Shown here one piece after another: positions 50,886 through 58,610 of a DNA stretch of 58,610 nucleotides; positions within the stretch are counted from its first letter, which is position 1, and each line of letters opens with the position of its first letter. The DNA is from Gemmatimonadota bacterium (GTDB lineage: Bacteria; Gemmatimonadota; Gemmatimonadetes; Gemmatimonadales; Gemmatimonadaceae), in the NCBI GenBank assembly GCA_031372565.1, contig JANMLN010000181.1:1-58610 (forward strand), read 5' to 3'. Position numbers and translations under genes: made by a program. The notes under the pieces are model-generated. The model was given only the letters and a program-made list of their open reading frames with translations. It did no database searches and had not been told where the DNA came from.

Positions 50886-53255
50886 ATTTCACCTGCACCC
50901 ACGCCCGCCGCCACCGACGACGCACTCTGGGGCTGGGATCCCACGCCGGGCATCGTATCGGTGTGGGCCACCGCTGATGGCCGTGCGACCGTATGGCGGC
51001 GCCCCGCCGAGACCGGGGCACTGCTGCGCGAGCGCGCGCACTTTCGTCCGTGGATGCTGCTCGACCGCCTCGACGACCTGCGATCACTCGGCGATGCGCT
51101 GCAGCCGGAGGGCGCACTGCACGGACGCGCCTGGTGGCGCGAACTCGACGGGCCCGGCGAGCTGCGCTTCCTCGTTACCTGCAGCGACCTGCGCACGCTC
51201 TCCGCAACGATTGTGCGAGGCGCGTCGCGGCGACTCGGACGCCCCATCACGCACATGCGCGAGCTCGGCGATCACGCAGCGCTCGTGCTTCCGCCCGAGG
51301 AGCAGTACCTGGTGTCCACCGGACGCACCTACTTTCGCGACTTCACCTTCGACCAGTTGCACCGGCTGCAGTTCGACCTCGAGACCACGGGTCTCGATCC
51401 GGCACGTGACCGGATCTTCCTCGTGGCAGTGCGTGACCCGCATGGCGATACGCAGCTGCTCGAAGCCACGGAAACCGACGATGCGGCCGAGGCCGACCTG
51501 ATCCGCCGGCTGTGTGCCGCAATCACCGCCGCTGATCCCGACGTCATCGAGAACCACAACCTGCACGGCTTCGATCTTCCCTTCCTCGCCACGCGGGCGC
51601 GAGCATTGCGGGTGCCGCTGTCACTCAACCGACTGGGGACCACGGGACTGCTCGAACGGGCCGCACGACGCGGAGCGAACCGCACCGGCGGCGACGCGCG
51701 CCGCGTGCGGTACATCATGCCGGGACGCGAACTGATCGATACGCTCGACGCGGTGCGCCGGCATGACTTCTCCGCGCGCGACTTGCCAGGACACGGGCTG
51801 AAGGTCGTCGCACGCCACTTCGGCTTGGCGCGCGAGGGGCGCGTGGAGCTTCGCGGCGACCGGATCTTCACCGTCTACCAATCCGATCCCGAACGCGTGC
51901 GCGCCTACGCCGCGTCCGATGTCGAAGAAGTCGCGGGGCTTGCGCGGCTGCTGGGCGGCGCCGCCTTCGCGCTCGCCCGCATGGCGCCTCGCCGCTACGA
52001 GCGACTCGCTGACGCAGGGGCCGCGACCGGTGTGATCGACCCGCTGCTGGTGCGTGCGTACCTCCGCGCGGGTCAGGCGCTGCCCGTGCACGCGGAGGCC
52101 CCCCTCGTGCCACATCAGGGCGCCGCCTTGCACCTCTTCGCCACCGGCGTCGCACGACGCGTCATCAAGGCCGACGTCGCGTCGCTCTATCCGTCGCTCA
52201 TGCGGGCCTACGCGATCGGCCCGGCCCGCGATCATCTCGGCGCGCTGCTCGCGCTCGTGGACGGCCTGGTGCGTCAACGACTCGCGGCCAAGGCGCTCGC
52301 GAAGCGCTTGCCCGCGGGGTCGGCTGAACGGTTCACGCAGGAAGCGATCTCCGCGGCGATGAAGATCGTGGTCAACAGCGCGTATGGATACCTCGCGGCC
52401 GGTGGCGGCCTCACCCGCTTTGCCGACGTGCACGCCGCCAACGAGGTGACACGTCGCGGCCGGGCGCTGCTCGACCAACTCTGTCGCGAGCTGGCCGCAC
52501 GCGGCATGACCCTGCTCGAAGCCGACACCGACGGCGTGTACGCGGCCGTGCCGGACCACTGGACCGAAGCCGACGAACGTCGCGCCGTGTCCGAGGTCGC
52601 AGCGCTCCTGCCACCCAAGGTGACGCTCGAGTTCGAGGGTCGCTATGCCGCCATGCTCTCGCATGAACCCAAGAACTACGCGCTGCTCACCCATGACGGA
52701 CAGCTGCTGCTGCGCGGCGTGGCCTTTCGCTCCAGCCGCATGGAGCCGTTCGGCGAGACCTTTCTGCGCCGCGCGATTGCCGCATTGCTCACGGGTGACA
52801 TCGTGGGGGTGCGTGCGGCGTACGTCGAGATGGCACTCGCGCTGCGGCAGCGCCGGCTCCCCACCCGCGACGTCTCGGCACGCGTGCGCCTCACCAAGCG
52901 CCCGGAGGAGTATCTGGCCACGCGCTCGACTCGCCGCGAGTTCAGTTACGAAGCCGTGCTGGCGAGCGGTCGGACACAGTGGCACGCCGGCGAACGCGTG
53001 CGCGTCTACCGCACCACGGTCGGCGCGGGCGGCGTGGTGTCGGAGTCCGACGCGGACGAGATCGGCTCCGACGGGGACACGCCGGACTATGACGCGGCGT
53101 ACTACATGAGGCTGCTGCGCGAGACCTACGCTGCGCGCCTCGCGCGCGCGTTCACGCCCGAGGACTTCGGGTCCGTCTTCGCCGACCCCGAACAGGAGAC
53201 GCTCTGGAGCGGATCGGTGGCCGAGGTCCGGCCGATTCTCACGACGGTGCGATAG
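50886..53255 (+). CDS. Family B DNA polymerase with 3'-5' exonuclease
   Basis: Exo motifs FDLETTG, HNLHGFDLPFL, YAASD; polymerase motifs DVASLYPS, KIVVNSAYG, EADTDG. Start placed at ATT 50886; the first canonical start is GTG 50961. Confidence 0.9.
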   Translation: MSPAPTPAATDDALWGWDPTPGIVSVWATADGRATVWRRPAETGALLRERAHFRPWMLLDRLDDLRSLGDALQPEGALHGRAWWRELDGPGELRFLVTCSDLRTLSATIVRGASRRLGRPITHMRELGDHAALVLPPEEQYLVSTGRTYFRDFTFDQLHRLQFDLETTGLDPARDRIFLVAVRDPHGDTQLLEATETDDAAEADLIRRLCAAITAADPDVIENHNLHGFDLPFLATRARALRVPLSLNRLGTTGLLERAARRGANRTGGDARRVRYIMPGRELIDTLDAVRRHDFSARDLPGHGLKVVARHFGLAREGRVELRGDRIFTVYQSDPERVRAYAASDVEEVAGLARLLGGAAFALARMAPRRYERLADAGAATGVIDPLLVRAYLRAGQALPVHAEAPLVPHQGAALHLFATGVARRVIKADVASLYPSLMRAYAIGPARDHLGALLALVDGLVRQRLAAKALAKRLPAGSAERFTQEAISAAMKIVVNSAYGYLAAGGGLTRFADVHAANEVTRRGRALLDQLCRELAARGMTLLEADTDGVYAAVPDHWTEADERRAVSEVAALLPPKVTLEFEGRYAAMLSHEPKNYALLTHDGQLLLRGVAFRSSRMEPFGETFLRRAIAALLTGDIVGVRAAYVEMALALRQRRLPTRDVSARVRLTKRPEEYLATRSTRREFSYEAVLASGRTQWHAGERVRVYRTTVGAGGVVSESDADEIGSDGDTPDYDAAYYMRLLRETYAARLARAFTPEDFGSVFADPEQETLWSGSVAEVRPILTTVR

Positions 53256-53316
53256 CCGCGCACAGGGCGCGCGGCACCATCCATGGCACGCGGAGCGCGC
53301 ATAGATTGCCCGTTCC

Positions 53317-53787
53317 ATGAGCTATGCCACGTACAAGATCCTCCACATCATCGGCGTCGTGCTGTTGCTCGGCAACGTGACCGTGACCGCCTTCTGGAAG
53401 GTCATGGCCGACCGCACGCGCGATGCGCGGCTGATCGCGCACGCGCAGTACCTCGTGACATGGGCCGACTGGTTCTTCACGTTGGGTGGGATCGTGCTCA
53501 CGATCGTGGGCGGCTACGGCGCGGCGCTCGTCGCCGGCTTCGACCTGTTCGGACAGCCGTGGCTGGTGTGGGGGCAGCTGTGCTTCCTCGCCTCGGGGCT
53601 CATGTGGATGGGCATCCTGCTTCCCGCACAGGTGCGCCAGGCCCGCATGGCGCGCGCCTTCGCGGATGGCGGTCCGATCCCGGACGCCTACTGGCGCGAT
53701 GCGCGGCTCTGGCTGGTATGGGGGATCATTGCCACCGTCCCGCTCGTGGCCGGGATCGTGGTGATGGTCGTGAAAACCATCCGCTGA
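53317..53787 (+). CDS. DUF2269 family membrane protein
   Basis: YKILHIIG, ADWFFT, four transmembrane helices, C-terminal MVVK. Confidence 0.8.
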   Translation: MSYATYKILHIIGVVLLLGNVTVTAFWKVMADRTRDARLIAHAQYLVTWADWFFTLGGIVLTIVGGYGAALVAGFDLFGQPWLVWGQLCFLASGLMWMGILLPAQVRQARMARAFADGGPIPDAYWRDARLWLVWGIIATVPLVAGIVVMVVKTIR

Positions 53788-53823
53788 TCGTCCCTTTCCC
53801 TCGCTGATCGCTTCCGCTGCGCC

Positions 53824-54345
53824 ATGTCCGCACACGCCGCCCCGCCTCCCCTCGTCCGCGACAGCAACTCGGCCGACGCCGAAGCGATCACCACGATCTA
53901 CAATCACTACGTCCGCCACACCCTCGTGACCTTCGAGGAGGAGGACGTGCGCCCTGCCGTGATGGCGGAGCGGATGGCGTCTGTCCACCAAGCCGGCCTT
54001 CCGTGGTTCGTGGCGACCGCTGCGGAGGACGTCATCGGATACGCCTACGCCACGCCGTGGAAGCCGCGCTTCGGCTACCGCTTCTCCGTCGAGGTCAGCG
54101 TCTACGTGCACAACAATCAGGTGGGCCGGGGCATCGGGACGCAGCTGTATGGCGTGCTGATTCCAGAGCTCGCGCGGCGTGGCTTCCGGACGGCGGTGGG
54201 CGGTATCGCGCTTCCGAACGACGCGAGCGTGCGACTGCACGAGCGTCTCGGGTTCACCAAGGTCGGGGAGTTTCGCGAGATTGGCACCAAGTTTGGCGCG
54301 TGGACGAACGTCGGATACTGGCAGAAGCTCTTTGCCCAGGCATAG
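53824..54345 (+). CDS. GNAT N-acetyltransferase (phosphinothricin/methionine sulfoximine acetyltransferase-like)
   Basis: IYNHYV...TFEE, SVYV...GRGIG, NDASVRLHERLGF, GTKFGAW. Confidence 0.88.
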   Translation: MSAHAAPPPLVRDSNSADAEAITTIYNHYVRHTLVTFEEEDVRPAVMAERMASVHQAGLPWFVATAAEDVIGYAYATPWKPRFGYRFSVEVSVYVHNNQVGRGIGTQLYGVLIPELARRGFRTAVGGIALPNDASVRLHERLGFTKVGEFREIGTKFGAWTNVGYWQKLFAQA

Positions 54346-54375
54346 CATGCGACAGTCCAACCGGGTCGCGCCCTG

Positions 54376-54798
54376 ATGTCCGCCGAGCGGCCGCTGCCGA
54401 GCGACATCCTGTCGTACGTGCTGCCTGGAGAGTGGGTCGTGCTCGCAGGGCGGACGGATGCGGCCAATGATCACCTCACGGTGAAGCTCGCGCGCGCGAA
54501 GGATCTCTGGTTCCACATCCGCGGGATGCCGGGGAGCCACGTCGTGCTGCGCGCACGCGACGGCGATGGTCCGGACAAGGCGACGATCGAACTCGCCGCG
54601 TCGATCGCAGCGTACCACAGCAAGGCGCGGCATGGAGGCGTGGTCCCGGTGGGGTTCACGGAGGCGCGCCACGTCTCCAAACCGCGAGGCGCGAAACCCG
54701 GCAGCGTGACAATGGCGCGCGAGTCGGTCATCAAGGTGCGCCCGATGACGGCCGACGTGATCGCTCGGCTCAAGGCGCCCGCGGTCGACCCGACCTGA
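54376..54798 (+). CDS. Stand-alone NFACT-R (DUF814) RNA-binding domain protein
   Basis: VLAGR...ND.LT, DLWFH..GMPGSHVV, AAYHSKAR, VSKPRGAKPGSV. Confidence 0.85.
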   Translation: MSAERPLPSDILSYVLPGEWVVLAGRTDAANDHLTVKLARAKDLWFHIRGMPGSHVVLRARDGDGPDKATIELAASIAAYHSKARHGGVVPVGFTEARHVSKPRGAKPGSVTMARESVIKVRPMTADVIARLKAPAVDPT

Positions 54799-54859
54799 AC
54801 GCGCGGCTGCATGCGCGTGCCTCCAAAGGCGTGCGCGCCTGCGGCGGTCCGTTGCCGAC

Positions 54860-55273
54860 TTACGCCGCCGCGTCGCCCTCGCGCTTCGGAAAGCAGTCGA
54901 GAATCTCGGGCGGAATCCGGACAAGCTTGCCGGAGTCGCGCCTGACCAGGCACCAGAGCGTCCGGCCGCGCGCGAGCACGACGCCATCGGCATCGCGCAC
55001 GATCTCCGTGTGCCGTTCGAAACGACGCGAGTCGACCGTGCCGATCCAGGTGCGCGCGGTGATCGCGTCCCCGAGTCGCGCCGCCTGTTTGTAGTCGAGC
55101 TCATGCCGCGTGGCCACCCAGCCGTACTCGGCGCGGAGCTCGGGCGTGGAGCGTGCCATCCAGTGCCCGATGGCGACATCCTGTACCCAACGGAGATAGA
55201 CGACGTTGTTGACGTGGTCCATGTCGTCGATGTCCGCCGGCATCACCCGGATCGGCAGCGCGAAGTCCTGCAT
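54860..55273 (-). CDS. 4HBT-like acyl-CoA thioesterase
   Basis: DIDDMDHVNNVVYLRW, HELDY...LGD; ATG at 55273. Confidence 0.88.
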   Translation of the reverse strand: MQDFALPIRVMPADIDDMDHVNNVVYLRWVQDVAIGHWMARSTPELRAEYGWVATRHELDYKQAARLGDAITARTWIGTVDSRRFERHTEIVRDADGVVLARGRTLWCLVRRDSGKLVRIPPEILDCFPKREGDAAA

Positions 55274-55283
55274 GCGAGGGCGT

Positions 55284-56501
55284 CTACTTGAGCGTCGCGC
55301 GCACGAGGCGGCCGACGGCGCCGAGCGTCGTCTGTGCCGCATTGAGCCCGAGACGGAAGTCCTTGTCCGAGTAGGTCGCGAACACATCGCTTGGCTGGTG
55401 CCAGTTCGGGTCCCAGCCGGCGCCGATCTCGCGGCCGCGCTCGTTCTCGCGGAGCGAGATGCTCGGGATGAGGTCCTGAAAGGGGCCAGAGTCGGTGTTG
55501 GTCATGTGCGGGCCGACCGCGGCTGGATAGTCGGTCGCGAAGCGCTCGTTCGCGAAGGCCACGGTCCAGGCAAGCTTGCTGCTCGCCTCCCACATCTTCG
55601 AGTTGGACTGGAACTCGATGTTGACGTCCGCCTCGGGCCGCTGCTCCTTGGGCAGGGTGCCGTCCGCCAGTGGCATTCCGTGATCCCAGAGCATCATGTC
55701 GTGCTGAATCATGCCCAGCCAGCGCGGCTCGGGATACTTGCCCGACCCCGCCGGACTCTCCTGTCCCTGCAACGCCTGTCGCTGCTGCACGTAAGCGCGG
55801 GCGCCGTTGAGCCCGGTCTCCTCGTTGTTCCACAGCGCAAAGCGGATGGAGCGCTCGGTCTTGACGTCGGGGTTCGAGAAGATGCGCGCCAACTCCATCA
55901 CCAGCGCGGTGCCGCTGCCGTCATCGTTCGCGGCCTCGTTCCAGCCGTGTCCATCCATGTGCGCGCCGATGATGTACATCTCGTCAGGTCGCGTCGTCCC
56001 GATCTTGGTGCAGTAGACCTGCTCGCGCATGCCAGGGGTGGTGGGCTCTGCATTGACCGCGCGGATCGCCGGGCTCGGCTGCCGGAGCGAGTCGGTGTTG
56101 ACGCCGGTCCGTGCCCGCAAGCCGCGCATCCGGCCGCCGCCCTGAGCCGCATCGGGATTGCGCGCGACCGCTGGCGTGGTCCCTCTCGGCGGCGGCGGTG
56201 GCGGCGGGGCATAGTCGTAGCTCATGCGCTCGACATTCGTGCAACCATACGCCTTGAGCTGCGCCTCGATCCAGCTGATCGCGTCGCGATTGCGCTTGGT
56301 GCCCTGCCGCCGGTCACCGAATGCGGTGAGTCCCTTGATCGTGGCCTTGTACTTCTCGAGGTCGAGGCGTCCGACCAACGTCGCGATCCCCTGGTCGAGC
56401 GACGTGTCGAGGGTGAACTGGGCATGCGCGGTGCGCACCGGCAGCGCGAGCGCGGCGGCGGCGGACAGCAGCAGGATGGGATGACGCGTTGTGGTCGGCA
56501 T
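55284..56501 (-). CDS. Secreted M28 family metallopeptidase
   Basis: Signal peptide ending AHA; GAHMD, ANDDGSG, NEETGL, HDM, WHQPSD. Confidence 0.85.
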   Translation of the reverse strand: MPTTTRHPILLLSAAAALALPVRTAHAQFTLDTSLDQGIATLVGRLDLEKYKATIKGLTAFGDRRQGTKRNRDAISWIEAQLKAYGCTNVERMSYDYAPPPPPPPRGTTPAVARNPDAAQGGGRMRGLRARTGVNTDSLRQPSPAIRAVNAEPTTPGMREQVYCTKIGTTRPDEMYIIGAHMDGHGWNEAANDDGSGTALVMELARIFSNPDVKTERSIRFALWNNEETGLNGARAYVQQRQALQGQESPAGSGKYPEPRWLGMIQHDMMLWDHGMPLADGTLPKEQRPEADVNIEFQSNSKMWEASSKLAWTVAFANERFATDYPAAVGPHMTNTDSGPFQDLIPSISLRENERGREIGAGWDPNWHQPSDVFATYSDKDFRLGLNAAQTTLGAVGRLVRATLK

Positions 56502-56551
56502 GCGGGGAATGTGCCGCAGCGCGGGGCGACGCGAAAGATCGGCGCGCCGAC

Positions 56552-57676
56552 TTATCCGTCGAAGGCGCCCGCGACCAGACGCGAGAGCCCGGCCGCCGAT
56601 CGGCCATGCGGATCCTGTTGTGCCCGGATCTCGTTGACCATCTCGAGTGCCGTTTGCGTGCACGGGGGGAGGACGCGGTCGCAGGTCCCGAGCGGCGTGA
56701 CACGATCGCCCCACTTCACGAGCGTGGCAGCCCACGTGAGCCCACCGCCGAACCCGGGCATGAGGAGCATCGCCCCCGGCTTGACGCGCCCGGACTCCAG
56801 CGCCTCGACCAAGGCCACGGGCACCGTGGCCGAACTCATGTTGCCGTACCGCTCGACGGTCAGCATGACCTTCTCCATCGGCATGCCCGCGTACTTGGCC
56901 ACCGACTCGATGATGCGCAGGTTGGCCTGATGCGGCACCACGAGGTCGATCTGGTCCGCCGTGACCCCCTGTTCCTGCATCACGCGGATGGACGCTTCGC
57001 TCATCGCGTGCACCGCACGCTTGAAGATGGCCTGCCCATCGAAGTCCCACTTGGTGTCGCCGATCGTGATGTCGCGCCCGGCGTAGCCGACGCCAATGCC
57101 GCGCACGCGGAGGGTCTTGCGTGCCAGGGCATCACAGCCGAGCACGCTGCCGATCACGCCGCTCTCGGTATCGGAGGCCTGCAGCACGACCGCGGCCGCG
57201 CCATCCCCGAACAGGACGGCCACGCCGCGGTCGCTCCAATCCATGTACTTGGTGATCAGCTCCACGCCGATCACGACCGCATTCTTGACGATGCCCGTCC
57301 GGATCATCGACGTGGCCGTCGTGAGCCCGTACAGGAAGCTCGTGCACGCCGTGTTCACGTCCATGGCGGCAGCGCGTGTGGCACCGAGCGCCGCTTGAAC
57401 GCCCGAAGCGCTGTTCGGCACGGCCTCCTCGTTGCTGCAGCTGCCGTAGATGATCAGTTCCACGTCGGCCGCGTCGAGACCGGCACACGCCAGCGCACGC
57501 AGCGCCGACACGACGGACAGTTCCATGCCCGACACATGCGACACGCGCCGTTCGCGCATGCCGGTGCGGGTGCGGATCCATTCATCTGTCGTGTCCAGAA
57601 AGGTCGACAGATCATCATTCGTGAGGACGGCCGGGGGCATGCAGGCACCCCAGCCCGTGATGGCGGCGTATGTCAT
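56552..57676 (-). CDS. fabH: 3-oxoacyl-ACP synthase III family protein
   Basis: DTTDEWIRTRTG, ACTSF (Cys), LFGDGA, PHQAN (His), YGNMSSA (Asn), GFGGGLTW. Alternative GTG start at 57682. Confidence 0.9.
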   Translation of the reverse strand: MTYAAITGWGACMPPAVLTNDDLSTFLDTTDEWIRTRTGMRERRVSHVSGMELSVVSALRALACAGLDAADVELIIYGSCSNEEAVPNSASGVQAALGATRAAAMDVNTACTSFLYGLTTATSMIRTGIVKNAVVIGVELITKYMDWSDRGVAVLFGDGAAAVVLQASDTESGVIGSVLGCDALARKTLRVRGIGVGYAGRDITIGDTKWDFDGQAIFKRAVHAMSEASIRVMQEQGVTADQIDLVVPHQANLRIIESVAKYAGMPMEKVMLTVERYGNMSSATVPVALVEALESGRVKPGAMLLMPGFGGGLTWAATLVKWGDRVTPLGTCDRVLPPCTQTALEMVNEIRAQQDPHGRSAAGLSRLVAGAFDG

Positions 57677-57781
57677 GCGCACAACAATGTGCGCTCGCCG
57701 CCCGCGGCGGAAGTCATTGCCAGGAACCTTGCGTCGGTGCGACGAAGGGTCATCGCAAGCGCGTACGGGCTGATCCGAGCG

Positions 57782-58610
57782 CTACGGCACGGGGGCAGCC
57801 GACTTCGAGAGGCGATACAGCGTCAGTGCCGCGCGTTTCGCGCGGACCGAGAGCGAGCGCAGGTCGGCCGTCTCCTGCGGCGAGTGGTCATCGTGCCCGG
57901 CAAGCCCGACGCCATCGATGATCATCGGAACGATCCCCGCAACGAACGACACATCCGCCGCGCCCGCCTTGCCGGGGTCCACCGCCGTGACGGCGCCAAG
58001 TCCGAGATCGCGGCTTGCCTGATCGTGCAGCGCGAGCAGGCGCCGATTACCGTCGGTGGGGGGCAACGACGGATACCCGTCATCGAAGGTGATCGTCGCC
58101 TTCGTGTGCCCGAGATTGGCCGCGACGATGTCGCGCATCACCTGCTGCGTCCGCCGCAACTGCTCCGGCGAGAGCGTGCGCAGGTCTCCCTGCACCGTCA
58201 TGCGTTCCGCGACGATGTTGTTCTTCCCTTCGGCCGTGCCCTTGTTGGCGGCGGTGTCCAGCGCGTAGCGAGCGCCACCCAGGGCCACACCTGGATTGAA
58301 CGTGAGATAGGGCTCCTTCGAGAGCGTCGTGCGAAAGGCATCGAGAATGCGCGCCGTCTCGAAGATCGCCCCGTAGCCGATCGAATCCTTGAAGATCTGC
58401 GAGGAGTGTGCGGCCTCGCCGGTCACGTCGAGCCGCCATGACGCCGCTCCGCGCCGCGCCACGATGCCCGTGCGCAGGTCGCCCGCGCCATCCTCGAACC
58501 CGTTGGCCGCCGCGGCGCCGCGTGCGGCCTCGACGAGCGACTTGCGCGCGAGCGCCTGTGGCTCGCCGGCGTGCTCTTCGTCGCCATGCAGCACGACCGT
58601 GATGTTCATC
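57782..58610 (-). CDS. M20 family metallopeptidase (5' end outside the window)
   Basis: GDEE, GEAAHSS, GDLR, DHSPQE. Confidence 0.85.
   Translation of the reverse strand, partial: MNITVVLHGDEEHAGEPQALARKSLVEAARGAAAANGFEDGAGDLRTGIVARRGAASWRLDVTGEAAHSSQIFKDSIGYGAIFETARILDAFRTTLSKEPYLTFNPGVALGGARYALDTAANKGTAEGKNNIVAERMTVQGDLRTLSPEQLRRTQQVMRDIVAANLGHTKATITFDDGYPSLPPTDGNRRLLALHDQASRDLGLGAVTAVDPGKAGAADVSFVAGIVPMIIDGVGLAGHDDHSPQETADLRSLSVRAKRAALTLYRLSKSAAPVP

Noticed and set aside
50886..53255. Prophage, casposon or pipolin marked by polB
   Set aside because: No capsid, integrase, Cas1 or terminal repeats are visible; neighbours are ordinary cellular genes.

Overview
GC-rich bacterial chromosomal segment. 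Gene content and synteny suggest a Gemmatimonadota-like organism (inference; no search was run). About 1-24.5 kb is mostly housekeeping: glyA, rpiB, a branched-chain amino acid/acyl-CoA catabolic run, a MarR/YceI module, thrS, and valS-lipoprotein-selA-HAD-purN-purH-DUF2723. At 24.6-34.0 kb is a tightly coupled 10-gene minus-strand operon: HP-motif putative transferase, SpsF-type cytidylyltransferase, split transketolase, class III aminotransferase, SDR, KdsC-type phosphatase, short NeuB, sterol desaturase/fatty acid hydroxylase and an APC permease. It looks like an undescribed amino-ulosonic-acid glycoconjugate pathway. Two tRNA-Ser genes, gltX and an apparently uncleavable LexA homologue follow. 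An accessory stretch then carries a VapBC-type TA pair, a YjbQ + IV-Photo RuBisCO-like protein pair, a Fur-boxed TonB receptor, secreted hydrolases and a family B DNA polymerase with a probable ATT start. A ~33-bp REP-like hairpin element (core GTCCTGAGCGAAGCGAAGGAC) occurs six times, five of them inside or overlapping coding sequence. Many start codons below were re-chosen from the ORF track by eye.
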